Positions 19,486 through 28,817 are shown, numbered from the stretch's first letter. The stretch: 64,000 nucleotides of DNA from an uncultured Candidatus Saccharibacteria bacterium (GCA_965230955.1 OZ246404.1:1060024-1124023); one strand, 5' to 3'. A program made the numbers and translations. The notes: generated from the letters alone by a model not told the origin.

Positions 19486-20475
19486 ATGTTGCGTCGCGCC
19501 GCTCGAAATGCTCTGACCACCTGCCTCGCCGTCAAAAAAAACGAGGAAGTTTTAATCGTGTCTGATTTCAAAAGACTGGCGATTGCCACGGCCCTGTACC
19601 AAGAAGCGTTGATACTAGGCGCCGAACCAATGATCAAACTGATGCATCCCCGAGTCGGTCACGGGATTGAGCCGCCCCGCACCGTCGCCCGAGCCATGGC
19701 TGAAGCTGATGTCGTGCTTTGTCCCACAGAAAAAAGCCTGACACACACCGATGCCCGCCGGATAGCTTGTGAAAAACACGGCAGCCGCATTGCCACCCTA
19801 CCGATGATCACGGAGGAAATATTTATCCGCGGTCTGTTGGCTGATTATTTGGATATAAAAAAACAATCGGAGAAACTTTTGAGCCTGGTGAACTCGGCCC
19901 AAACCGCCCGGATCACTTCCCCCAGCGGAACCGATTTAACCATAAATCTCAGTAATCGCTTTCACGCTGATATCGGCGTAATCCCCAAACCGGGAATGTA
20001 CACCAATTTGCCCGCCGGTGAAGTCTGCGGCGCACCGCTGGAAGGCACGACTGAAGGTATTTTTGTCATAGACCAGATGGGTGAGGTTGTCGATCAACCG
20101 ACACGGGTCGAGATCCGTTCCGGCATCGCCGTAAAAATCGAATCTAACCCCAGCGGCCGGCGACTAAAAAAAATTCTGGATTCTGCCAGTAAACGGGATA
20201 AGAATAACCACGCCTTTAATATAGCCGAATTGGGTATTGGCACCAATCCCGCCGTAAAATTGTCCGGCTGTGTATTGGAAGACGAAAAAGTATTAGGCAC
20301 TGTTCATGTCGCTCTGGGGGATAATACCAGCTACCATGGCGGACAAACCTCGGCTTCAGTGCATGAAGACGGCATTATGATCAGGCCGACGCTAAAACTA
20401 GATGATCGGGTGATTATGAAAGATGGAAAGATGGTAAAATCAAGTCAAAAGTCAAAAGTCAAAGGTCAAAAGTAA
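19486..20475 (+). CDS. aminopeptidase-like protein (M29 / AmpS-like family, tentative)
   Basis: Overall resemblance to thermophilic-metalloprotease (M29) family proteins. The last 10 codons are encoded by one arm of a GTCAAAAG palindrome. Confidence 0.45.
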   Translation: MLRRAARNALTTCLAVKKNEEVLIVSDFKRLAIATALYQEALILGAEPMIKLMHPRVGHGIEPPRTVARAMAEADVVLCPTEKSLTHTDARRIACEKHGSRIATLPMITEEIFIRGLLADYLDIKKQSEKLLSLVNSAQTARITSPSGTDLTINLSNRFHADIGVIPKPGMYTNLPAGEVCGAPLEGTTEGIFVIDQMGEVVDQPTRVEIRSGIAVKIESNPSGRRLKKILDSASKRDKNNHAFNIAELGIGTNPAVKLSGCVLEDEKVLGTVHVALGDNTSYHGGQTSASVHEDGIMIRPTLKLDDRVIMKDGKMVKSSQKSKVKGQK

Positions 20476-20520
20476 TGATAATCGAGACTTTTTACTTTTA
20501 ATTTTTTACTTTTGACTTAT
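20441..20520. repeat. GTCAAAAG-word palindromic hairpin overlapping the 3' end of the preceding CDS; probable terminator
   Basis: caagtcaaaagtcaaaagtcaaaggtcaaaag ... ctttttacttttaattttttacttttgactta. Confidence 0.7.
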
Positions 20521-20601
20521 TAAAAAATCCCGCATTAAGCTTGCCTGCGCAAGCAAGACGGGGTTTTTATAAACCTCGCGACTAAGTTTTGGGGCGTACT
20601 C

Positions 20602-20838
20602 CTACACTCGCACTTGGTTGTCGACAACGACCGCGTTAGCCAGAAGGCTTTTGAGATGGTGGATCTCCCGGTCGATGTCCTGCTTCATCTCGTCCAGAAT
20701 GATGAAAGCCGGTGAAGATTGGTCCGTAATGCTGGCCATCTTCTGGGCGATCTTCCTGACTTCGACCATCTCAAGCTGATTGAGACGGTGGCGAATGTGG
20801 TCTATCCCCTGTGGCGGAAGAAAAACTTCTTCAGACAT
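20602..20838 (-). CDS. hypothetical small coiled-coil protein (weak GreA-N-terminal-like pattern)
   Basis: 78 aa, predicted helical. Resemblance to the Gre-factor N-terminal coiled coil is faint, and there is no FKBP-like C-terminal domain. Confidence 0.3.
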   Translation of the reverse strand: MSEEVFLPPQGIDHIRHRLNQLEMVEVRKIAQKMASITDQSSPAFIILDEMKQDIDREIHHLKSLLANAVVVDNQVRV

Positions 20839-20944
20839 AGGGATAAGCTTACTAATCTATTTTTAGTATAACACACTGGGAGACCCAGGCAAATGGGCTG
20901 AAATAAGAGCAGAAATGGCTAAGAATAACCAATCATAAATAATA

Positions 20945-21040
20945 AATATCCAATAAAATACAACTTTTGAATTACCAAACACTTAGTTATTGAAGCTTGA
21001 ATTTCATTGAATATTTGTTATTTATTATTGGATATTTATT
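20945..21040. repeat. perfect 16-bp inverted repeat AATAAATATCCAATAA / TTATTGGATATTTATT flanking a 64-bp AT-rich spacer, in the divergent region upstream of yebC
   Basis: Read directly in the sequence. The arms extend imperfectly to about 25 bp. Confidence 0.65.
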
Positions 21041-21100
21041 CTCTTTACTTTTGCCACTCTTTGCGGTAAAATTAGTCCAGTTTTTGTTGGTGAAAATCAT

Positions 21101-21802
21101 ATGTCGGGACATTCCAAATGGTCGCAAATTAAACATAAAAAAGGAGCCACGGACGCCAAGAAAAGCGCGGCTTTTACCAAAATTGCCAACATGATCACCA
21201 TTGCGGCCAGATTGGGCGGCGGCGATCGCGGCAGTAATCCCCGCTTGGATATGGTCATGGGGAAAGCCCATGAAATGAACATGCCCAAAGATAATATTGA
21301 ACGGGCTATAAAAAGAGGAACGGGAGAACTGGAAGGTGTGACCTTGGAAGCTCTGACTCTGGAAGCTTATGGTCCGGGCGGTTCCGCCTTGATCATTGAA
21401 GCCATTACCGATAACAAAAACCGGACAATTACCAATATCCGAAACATTCTTGGCCAGCACGGAGGAAAACTGGCCAATAGCGGCAGCGTCATTTATCAAT
21501 TCCAGAAAAAAGGTGTTATCCGCGTAAAAAATCCCAGCGATGAATTGGAGCTGAAAGTTATTGACGCGGGAGCCGAAGATACAAAAAAAACCGACACGCT
21601 TTTGGAAATATACACGCGGCCGGAAGACCTGCAAAAAGTAAAAAATAATTTACCGGGGTTGGCGATTGAATCAGCTGATTTGGAGTATTTGCCCCAGACA
21701 ACAATTTTACTTAATGGAGAAACAAAAAAACAGACCGAGGAACTGCTGCAAACTATCGCCGAACACGACGACGTCCAAGAAATCTACAGCAATCTGGCCT
21801 AA
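21101..21802 (+). CDS. yebC: YebC/PmpR family DNA-binding regulator
   Basis: N-terminus MSGHSKWSQIKHKKG...KSAAFTKI is diagnostic of the YebC family. It has the conserved position upstream of ruvC. Confidence 0.9.
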   Translation: MSGHSKWSQIKHKKGATDAKKSAAFTKIANMITIAARLGGGDRGSNPRLDMVMGKAHEMNMPKDNIERAIKRGTGELEGVTLEALTLEAYGPGGSALIIEAITDNKNRTITNIRNILGQHGGKLANSGSVIYQFQKKGVIRVKNPSDELELKVIDAGAEDTKKTDTLLEIYTRPEDLQKVKNNLPGLAIESADLEYLPQTTILLNGETKKQTEELLQTIAEHDDVQEIYSNLA

Positions 21803-21806
21803 AAAT

Positions 21807-22289
21807 ATGCGTACGATTCTTTCTATAGATCCCGGGACGGCGACGACCGGTTTTGCGATTTTAAAATCAGACAAAAAAGTCATCCGCTTAATCGACTGTG
21901 GCTGTATTATTACCAAGCCGAATCAACCGCTCTCCCGGCGCCTAGTCATAATCGCCAAAGATTTGCGAAGCCTGATTACCCGTTACCGCCCCCAAGAATT
22001 GGCCGTCGAACAGTTGTTCTTCGCCAAGAATGCCAAAACCGCTCTCTCGGTCGGACAAGCCCGAGGTGTCGTCTTACTGGTCGGCGCCGAAAACAAATTA
22101 AAAATAGGCGAGTATACTCCCCTACAGGTCAAACAAGCTCTGACCGGCTACGGGAAAGCTGACAAAAAACAAATTCAAAACATGGTCAAAACAATTCTTG
22201 ACTTGGCCACCATCCCCAAACCGGACGATGCGGCAGACGCGGTGGCGATAGGACTTTGTCATCTGCAAACCAATAATTTCATTAATTAG
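21807..22289 (+). CDS. ruvC: Holliday junction resolvase RuvC
   Basis: ILSIDPGTATTGFAIL catalytic N-terminus, GYGKADKKQIQNMV and DAADAVAIGLCH motifs. The start was moved to ATG 21807, inside the longer track ORF. Confidence 0.9.
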   Translation: MRTILSIDPGTATTGFAILKSDKKVIRLIDCGCIITKPNQPLSRRLVIIAKDLRSLITRYRPQELAVEQLFFAKNAKTALSVGQARGVVLLVGAENKLKIGEYTPLQVKQALTGYGKADKKQIQNMVKTILDLATIPKPDDAADAVAIGLCHLQTNNFIN

Positions 22290-22293
22290 ATTT

Positions 22294-23862
22294 ATGGTTA
22301 TGTTTAGAAAAATTTCACTGTCACTGGCTTTGGTCGCGGTTATCGCCGTGATCGGTTTAAGTACGCCAAAAACTAACGCGGAAGACGCCGTCCCGGCGCC
22401 CAGCCAGACTACGGCGGTGGAAGAAACTCTGCCCCAACGACAACTGGAAGCGGTGGCCGGAGAAGATCAAAATGTCCCGGTCGGAAGCAAGGTGATTTTC
22501 GACGGTTCCAAATCGGTCAATTCAAAAGATGGCGAACTGCGCTATAACTGGGATTTCGGCGACGGCACGACAGTCGATGGTGTGAACGAACTCCATGTTT
22601 ATAATGATCCGGGAATATACATCGTCAGATTAACCGTCACGAACGGCGAACAATCCGACACCGATGAAATTGTGGTCTCGGTCTATGAAAATTTGGTTTT
22701 ATTGATTACCGATAGTTCCACCAAAGAAGAATCCTTGCAAGACTTGGAACGTAGCGCCGCCCGCGAAGGAGTTCTAATTATACGAGTGCAGGACACAAGC
22801 GGACAGCCGGACTATATCGCGGTCGAAACTCTGGCGAAAGCCTTGGCGGAACAGCGGACCAATATTCAAAAATCAAACCTGCTGATCGACTGGACCAGCG
22901 GCTCGGTCGGACTCAACGCCCTGACAAAATTCATTCAGCCGGCGGAAAACATCAAAGAACTTGACCTGACTCATAAAGCGATCGTTTCCGTGACAACCAA
23001 AGCCGGCGTAACCTCGCGTATCGCCCAGCAGACTTATGATCTGGTGAAACCGGAATTCATCGTCCTGACCGACGAAAGCGCTTTGAAGAATCTAATTTCA
23101 GCAAAAACTCCGGCGGAATTATTGGAAAATCTGCGACGCTCGCCGGTGGAATATAAAATAATCGGCATACATAGCGAACGCTCCATCAAAGAACTGGGCT
23201 GGACCAATTTCATGTCCTACACCATCAATTACATGGTCAATAACGGCGTACCGATCAACACTATTTTCCTAATATTGATCATCCCGATTATCGCCACCAT
23301 AATCGCTCTCTCCCGCCAAGTGATCGGAATCAAGGCCTTTGGTTTATACATACCGACTATTCTAACCCTGGCCTTTCTGGTAACCGGTATTAAATACGGC
23401 TTGGCTATTTTTATTGCCATCTTGATCGTCGCCACTCTAGTCAGAATCCTGTTGAAATATCTGCGTATTCTTTATTTGCCGCGCATGGCCATGGTTTTGA
23501 CCGCCACCGCGCTGGCGATCTTTGTCATGTTCGCCTTCGGCGCTTATTCCAATCGGACCGGATTCATTGCCATTTCAATATTCCCCATACTGATCATCGC
23601 TATTTTGGCCGAGGAATTTGTGAAAGTCCAGATTGAAAAGGGTTTTGTCACCGCCATTCAATTGGCGGTCGAGACTCTGATTATCGCCACCCTGTGCTAC
23701 TTCCTTGTCAGCTGGGAAGCGGTCAGAACTTTCTTCCTCAGTTATCCCGAAACAATTTTGCTCACTATCCCACTCAACTACTTACTCGGTAAATGGACCG
23801 GATTACGCTTAACCGAATATTTCCGGTTCCGTGAATTACTAAAACATGATAAGTCCGCGTGA
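22294..23862 (+). CDS. signal peptide + PKD domain + extracellular domain + C-terminal 7TM domain membrane protein (7TM-inactive-transglutaminase-like partner of the ATP-grasp)
   Basis: PKD signature (YNWDFGDGTT...YIVRLTVTN), then a domain of about 200 aa, then seven predicted TM helices. The stop overlaps the downstream ATP-grasp start by 17 nt. Confidence 0.6.
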   Translation: MVMFRKISLSLALVAVIAVIGLSTPKTNAEDAVPAPSQTTAVEETLPQRQLEAVAGEDQNVPVGSKVIFDGSKSVNSKDGELRYNWDFGDGTTVDGVNELHVYNDPGIYIVRLTVTNGEQSDTDEIVVSVYENLVLLITDSSTKEESLQDLERSAAREGVLIIRVQDTSGQPDYIAVETLAKALAEQRTNIQKSNLLIDWTSGSVGLNALTKFIQPAENIKELDLTHKAIVSVTTKAGVTSRIAQQTYDLVKPEFIVLTDESALKNLISAKTPAELLENLRRSPVEYKIIGIHSERSIKELGWTNFMSYTINYMVNNGVPINTIFLILIIPIIATIIALSRQVIGIKAFGLYIPTILTLAFLVTGIKYGLAIFIAILIVATLVRILLKYLRILYLPRMAMVLTATALAIFVMFAFGAYSNRTGFIAISIFPILIIAILAEEFVKVQIEKGFVTAIQLAVETLIIATLCYFLVSWEAVRTFFLSYPETILLTIPLNYLLGKWTGLRLTEYFRFRELLKHDKSA

Positions 23863-26248
23863 CATTCTCGGGATGAATGCGCGCAACCTGCGCTACCTTC
23901 GTCCTTCCAATCCGCGCTCGGCTGTCCGCTTGGCTGATTCCAAGCTGAAAACAAAACTGATTTTGGCCGAAGCGAAAATACCCACCCCAAAAGTTTTCGG
24001 GATGTTTAAGCATGCCCGGCAAATTGATAAATTCAATTGGGATAATCTGCCGGAAAATGTAGTGCTCAAGCCCAATCGCGGTTTCGGCGGCGAAGGGATT
24101 GTGGTTTTTTCCAAAAAGGAAAAAGGTCCGGATAATCGCCCGGTCTGGCTGACCGGCGACGGCGAGCGCTGGACGATCGAAGATATTCGGCGGCACATCC
24201 TGAATATTTTGGACGGTGACTTTTCACTGCAGAACATTCCGGACAATGCCTTCTTTGAGGAAAAAATAGTGACCCATCGGGTGATGAGACGTTATACCTA
24301 CAAGGGACTGCCGGATGTCCGGGTGATCGTTTATAACAAGGTCCCGGTGATGGCGATGTTACGCTTGCCCACCAAATGGTCTAAAGGCAAGGCTAATCTG
24401 GCCCAAGGCGCGATCGGAGTCGGAATTGATATGGCCACCGGACAAACTACGACCGCCGCGACCAAAAAGCCGGTGCACAAACCAGTTTTTAAGCATCCCG
24501 ATACCCTTCAAGACCTGAAAGGTTTGGTTGTCCCTTACTGGAACGAAATTTTAGAAATGGCTATCCGCTGCCAAGAAGTGACCAAGATTGGCTACATTGG
24601 AGCTGATATTGCCATCGATGAAAAATACGGGCCGCTGATTCTGGAGCTCAATGCGCGCCCGGGCTTGGAAATTCAGAACGTCAATCTCGCACCACTGGGT
24701 TCGCGCTTGCGTCGCCTGGAAGGATTAAAAGTTCGCACTTTGGAAAAAGGCGTGCGCTTGGCCAAGGAATTGTTCGGCGGCGGAGGAGAAAAAAAAGTTG
24801 ATGAGCTGATCAGTAAGACGGTCATCAGCCCGGAGGAAACTTTGGAAATAATTTCACCGGACGGACAACGCCACCGGATACTGAGTCGAATTGACACCGG
24901 CGAAGGTTTGACTCTGATTGACTCGTCCCTGAGCCAAAAACTCGGCTTGTCTAACGCTAAAATAGAGACTACCGACAGTCTGGAAAAGCACCACAGTGAA
25001 TTAGTGAATCTAACCTTAGCGCTGGCTGGAGAAAAAATCAGAACCAAAGCGGCGCTGACGGACCGAACGGGACACCGTCATTTGATTGTTATCGGCCGTC
25101 GTGATTTACGTCCATTCTTGATCGATACCAGCCGAAGAGAACAACTGGAAAAAACCAAAAAACTGGATTATACCAAGATTGATCAGGTCCTAGTCGAAGT
25201 CAGTCGTAAAATTCCCCTGCTCTCCGCCTTGACTCCGGTCAATTTGGAAATCGAAAAAGAAAAGTTTTTCGCGCAAGAAAATTATTCGCCGCAATTCGTT
25301 TACAAAAAACCTTCGAGCAGTGAGCTGGATTTACTGAGATCCCGCTTGGAAATTTTTCAACTGGCCAATGATTCTTCCACCCTGGGTCGATTGTTTTATC
25401 GGAAACAACAAGAACTTCTTAAAAAAATCGAAGCGGTCCGAGCGATTGGATCAGCGGAATTTACCGCCCGGTCTTTGGAGCTATACGGAGAGCCCAGTCA
25501 AGAGTTGGTGGAATTAGCGGAAAAAAATTATCAGAACAAGAAACCGGTGGAAAACAATGGTGCCTATCTGAAACAGCCGGAAGTAATCAAGCTTTTGAGC
25601 GATAAATTAGATCAGGTAAAAATCCCCTACAAGATTGTCGTGGTTAAAGATTTGTCAGCTCGGATCACTGTTAAAACTCTGGAAAAATCCATTTTAATCA
25701 ACTTGCGAGCCGAAGCGCTTTTCAAACATTCCGATCTGATCGGCACGATCGCCCACGAAATAGAAACTCATGCCTACCGCTACGCCAACGGTATGCAGCA
25801 GACTTATAAATTATTCAGTGAAGGTTTGGGCGGATACTTGGCCACCGAAGAAGGCTTGGCTATTTACAGTAAAGAACAAGCCTATAAAAATCCGCGTAAA
25901 TTCATCACTCGCGCCCTGGATGTTCTGGCGGTACACTGGGCCCTGACCGATTCGTTCCACGAAGTTTATCAGCGCCTGCGCGCCAAAGGCGTCCTACCCA
26001 AAACGGCTTTTTCAGTCACTTATCGCACCAAGCGTGGCTTGTCAGACACCAGCCGCCCCGGCGCCTTTACTCGAGACTTTTTGTATCTAAAAGGATTGTT
26101 GGAAATCGAGAAATATCTCGACCAGGGATTTGATCTCCGAAAACTATATATCGGCAAAATCGGGATCAGTGATCTGCCGGAAATTAAAAAGCTAAGCGGA
26201 ATTAAGGAGCCGAAATATCTACCGGAATGGCTGATGGGTAAAAAATAA
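23846..26248 (+). CDS. fusion of a RimK-like ATP-grasp ligase, a retropepsin-like (PF05618-like) domain and a DUF1704/MATCAP-like HExxH domain
   Basis: N-terminal region of about 320 aa: MNARNLRYL...LADSKLKTKLIL, VVLKPNRGFGGEGIVVF and LILELNARPGLEIQN are ATP-grasp motifs of the alpha-L-glutamate-ligase-like family. Middle: RIDTGEGLTLIDSSL ... VIGRRDLRPFLID resembles a retropepsin. C-terminal region of about 320 aa: HEIETH plus TEEGLAIY resembles the QEGLA/DUF1704 family. Confidence 0.7.
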   Translation: MISPRDILGMNARNLRYLRPSNPRSAVRLADSKLKTKLILAEAKIPTPKVFGMFKHARQIDKFNWDNLPENVVLKPNRGFGGEGIVVFSKKEKGPDNRPVWLTGDGERWTIEDIRRHILNILDGDFSLQNIPDNAFFEEKIVTHRVMRRYTYKGLPDVRVIVYNKVPVMAMLRLPTKWSKGKANLAQGAIGVGIDMATGQTTTAATKKPVHKPVFKHPDTLQDLKGLVVPYWNEILEMAIRCQEVTKIGYIGADIAIDEKYGPLILELNARPGLEIQNVNLAPLGSRLRRLEGLKVRTLEKGVRLAKELFGGGGEKKVDELISKTVISPEETLEIISPDGQRHRILSRIDTGEGLTLIDSSLSQKLGLSNAKIETTDSLEKHHSELVNLTLALAGEKIRTKAALTDRTGHRHLIVIGRRDLRPFLIDTSRREQLEKTKKLDYTKIDQVLVEVSRKIPLLSALTPVNLEIEKEKFFAQENYSPQFVYKKPSSSELDLLRSRLEIFQLANDSSTLGRLFYRKQQELLKKIEAVRAIGSAEFTARSLELYGEPSQELVELAEKNYQNKKPVENNGAYLKQPEVIKLLSDKLDQVKIPYKIVVVKDLSARITVKTLEKSILINLRAEALFKHSDLIGTIAHEIETHAYRYANGMQQTYKLFSEGLGGYLATEEGLAIYSKEQAYKNPRKFITRALDVLAVHWALTDSFHEVYQRLRAKGVLPKTAFSVTYRTKRGLSDTSRPGAFTRDFLYLKGLLEIEKYLDQGFDLRKLYIGKIGISDLPEIKKLSGIKEPKYLPEWLMGKK

Positions 26249-26319
26249 GACTTTCCTGCTGATTGGCAATATTTTGCCAAAATAAAACAGCCCGGGGTAA
26301 ACATTGGGCTGTTTTTAAT

Positions 26320-27780
26320 CTATTTTTTTTGATCTAGCTTGTCTAAATCTTCGTCGTTAATTTCTAATTGATCTAATACCCAGAGATGCCTGGCGTTATG
26401 CGGATCATATTTACCAACACAAAATCTCTGCATTTCGTCAGGATTTGTTCTGATTACTTCCCAGGTATTAAGAGTCCCCTCACGATAACCCATATCCTTG
26501 GGGTAACAAGCTCCGGGAGTTTTACAATCGGTACCCCGGAAAATGCGCGTACAGGTATTGTAAGCCGTTTGTTCTGCTGCTTTTTCCGCCTCGGGCAATT
26601 TTTTCCCTTGAGCCATTTCTCGCACCGTCCACTGTTTTTTCAAAACTTCAAATACCCCTCGGAAATCTCTTTTTTGCCCATCAAGACCTTGGGCTAAGCC
26701 AATACCCAATATGTATTTCATATCAACATCAAAGGGATCGACGTAATTATCCATAGCTTGTTCCATCGCCCCGGTCACCCCTTCCTCGCCTGCAATAAAT
26801 CGATCCAATCCTAAACCCAGCAACATTAATTTACTGCGCTCTCCTTTTATTCTTCGAGCCACATGGGTGCCGATTTCGTGAATTATTAATTTGGCCATAT
26901 CTTTCGCCGGCTTTGAAACTGGTATTTTTGTAGGAATAAATACTTTTTCCTGAGCCTGGTTAACCGCCATAGTCACACGACTCCCGGTGTCAATTACTAC
27001 CTGCCAGTTATCCGCTCCCACCACCTTAAAAGCCGCTTCAAAAGCCAGGCCTATTTGTTCTCGGTTCAATTCCTCTTCTCCGCCACCAGTGAGAGCTATC
27101 AAATTGCCCATCTTTTTCTCGGTGAACTCACGCAATGTATTAACGTCGCTTTGTTCCGGAGGAGTGAAAGCAACCGCTCTTTCCAAATTTTGCGGTAAGA
27201 TCGCCAGAACATCTTCGGCCGCCTTTTTTTCTTGGGGATCGACCGAGGTTATAAAACGATCAGTATCCGATCGAGCAAGATCGACCACATAAGAGAAAAC
27301 ATCTTTAGACGGTTTTCCGTAAATAAAATCAGCGTAACGTTTAAACCTCCGCATATCACCGCTCGCCGTAGCTTGTAACATCCTCAGTTCTGCCACTTTT
27401 TCGTTTATTTTCCAGCGATAGGCCTGCCGGACTACTTCATTTGGTTCTTGATCAATAATCTCTTCCTTTAATCGAAGTAAGGAGTCTTCCTTTTGCTGAA
27501 AAACTTCCGGCTTGGCATCGGGATAATCAAATTTAGGGTTATCAATTTTACCCTCCAGAAAATCGGCTTTCTGTTGGCTGCGATTGTCTGGATTTCCTTC
27601 AAAGAATTCTATGTCGGAGAAAGCGCCCGCTTCTCGAAAACGAGAATACCATTTCACGTCCAGAGCCTCTTTTGTGACTATTTCTTTTGACAATCCTTCC
27701 GCGCTTATTTCTTTTTCCGACTTTGTTTCCGGAACAAATTCCGGCTGTTCGGTTGGCATCGGCTTGAAATTTTCACCCAT
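26320..27780 (-). CDS. DUF1704/MATCAP-like putative zinc metallopeptidase (HEIGTH and GEEGVTG motifs)
   Basis: HExxH (LIIHEIGTHV) followed by an EEG-containing motif, like the C-terminal domain of the upstream fusion. Convergent with it, and they share a bidirectional terminator. Confidence 0.5.
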   Translation of the reverse strand: MGENFKPMPTEQPEFVPETKSEKEISAEGLSKEIVTKEALDVKWYSRFREAGAFSDIEFFEGNPDNRSQQKADFLEGKIDNPKFDYPDAKPEVFQQKEDSLLRLKEEIIDQEPNEVVRQAYRWKINEKVAELRMLQATASGDMRRFKRYADFIYGKPSKDVFSYVVDLARSDTDRFITSVDPQEKKAAEDVLAILPQNLERAVAFTPPEQSDVNTLREFTEKKMGNLIALTGGGEEELNREQIGLAFEAAFKVVGADNWQVVIDTGSRVTMAVNQAQEKVFIPTKIPVSKPAKDMAKLIIHEIGTHVARRIKGERSKLMLLGLGLDRFIAGEEGVTGAMEQAMDNYVDPFDVDMKYILGIGLAQGLDGQKRDFRGVFEVLKKQWTVREMAQGKKLPEAEKAAEQTAYNTCTRIFRGTDCKTPGACYPKDMGYREGTLNTWEVIRTNPDEMQRFCVGKYDPHNARHLWVLDQLEINDEDLDKLDQKK

Positions 27781-27784
27781 AAAA

Positions 27785-28813
27785 TTAATTTTTAATTATT
27801 CTATTATAAATCTCCAAATATTTCTCCGCCATTTGCCGGCTATCAAAATTTTCTTCGGCATAGCGGCGGCACCGCTCCCGATCAAAAATTTTATCCACTG
27901 ACTTGATCGCCGTTATTAATCGGTGATCATCATTTGATAAACAAGCGATTTGGGGCTGACCGCCGATTATTTCCGGCAAGGGGCCAATATCGGTCGCAAT
28001 GACCGGCGTCCCGCAAGCCGCCGCTTCCAAAACCAGCAAGCCGCAAACTTCCGGCTTAGCGATAGTGAACAAAAGAGCCTTGGCGTTTTTCAGATAAGAC
28101 AAAACGTCGTCATGGCTTTTTTCTCCCAAGTATTCGATTTTTTCATCCAAATGCGGCTTTATTTTTTCGGCAAAATATTTTTGTCGATCTGGTTCATGGC
28201 CGATCCGGCCGATAATCAGCAATTTCTCTCCCGCTGTCTGCGCCAGTTTGATCGCTCGGTCGATCCCCTTTTGCGGCGTTAACCTGGCGACACAAATCAG
28301 ATAACGGCCCGGCTTGGTGGAAAAAGCGATTTGCCCGACCGGAATTCCGTTATGGATCGTGGCGAAAGAATCCAATTTCCCCTTCTGCGTCTCGGATAAA
28401 GTGATGGTATAAATTCCGGCTTGTTTTAATTTGATAAAATCCTTAGGCTCAATCATGCTGTGAATTGAGAGCAAACACGGTTTCTTCGCCTGAGACGCGA
28501 CAGAAGCCGCCTGCCGCTGAGAATGGAGATGAATCAGATCAAATCGATCTTGATGCATCAGAACTTTTTGCTGGCTCTGGGTAATGAGTTTCTGCTTTTC
28601 CTGATCGCTCATTTGGCCCAATTGGGGCATATTCCAGAGGCTGCGCGGTAAAGTGGCAATATGTTTAGCCGAAGTGACCCAATCCGCCGGCGCAAAAAGA
28701 GTGACATCAACTTTTAATTTCACCAATTCTTCCGTCAAATTGTAAGCCACTTGTTCCGGCCCGCCGGTAATCCCAAAGGGCGGCACCACCATGGCTAATT
28801 TGAATGACGACAT
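27785..28813 (-). CDS. glycosyltransferase family 4 (GT-B, group 1)
   Basis: GT4 C-terminal pattern (EGFGLP-like region PEVCGLLVLEAAACGTPVIATD). The start is 5 nt after the upstream ATP-grasp stop. Confidence 0.8.
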   Translation of the reverse strand: MSSFKLAMVVPPFGITGGPEQVAYNLTEELVKLKVDVTLFAPADWVTSAKHIATLPRSLWNMPQLGQMSDQEKQKLITQSQQKVLMHQDRFDLIHLHSQRQAASVASQAKKPCLLSIHSMIEPKDFIKLKQAGIYTITLSETQKGKLDSFATIHNGIPVGQIAFSTKPGRYLICVARLTPQKGIDRAIKLAQTAGEKLLIIGRIGHEPDRQKYFAEKIKPHLDEKIEYLGEKSHDDVLSYLKNAKALLFTIAKPEVCGLLVLEAAACGTPVIATDIGPLPEIIGGQPQIACLSNDDHRLITAIKSVDKIFDRERCRRYAEENFDSRQMAEKYLEIYNRIIKN

Positions 28814-28817
28814 AAAA

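Noticed and set aside
121-20520. GGTCAAA/AGTCAAA heptads as CtsR operators
   Set aside because: CtsR boxes are heptad direct repeats with a 3-nt spacer, giving a 10-nt period. Here the words are contiguous with a 7-8-nt period, are arranged as palindromes, and none is at a clp gene. clpE instead has CIRCE.
20987-21634. 215-aa minus-strand ORF
   Set aside because: Entirely antisense to yebC, which has unmistakable family motifs.
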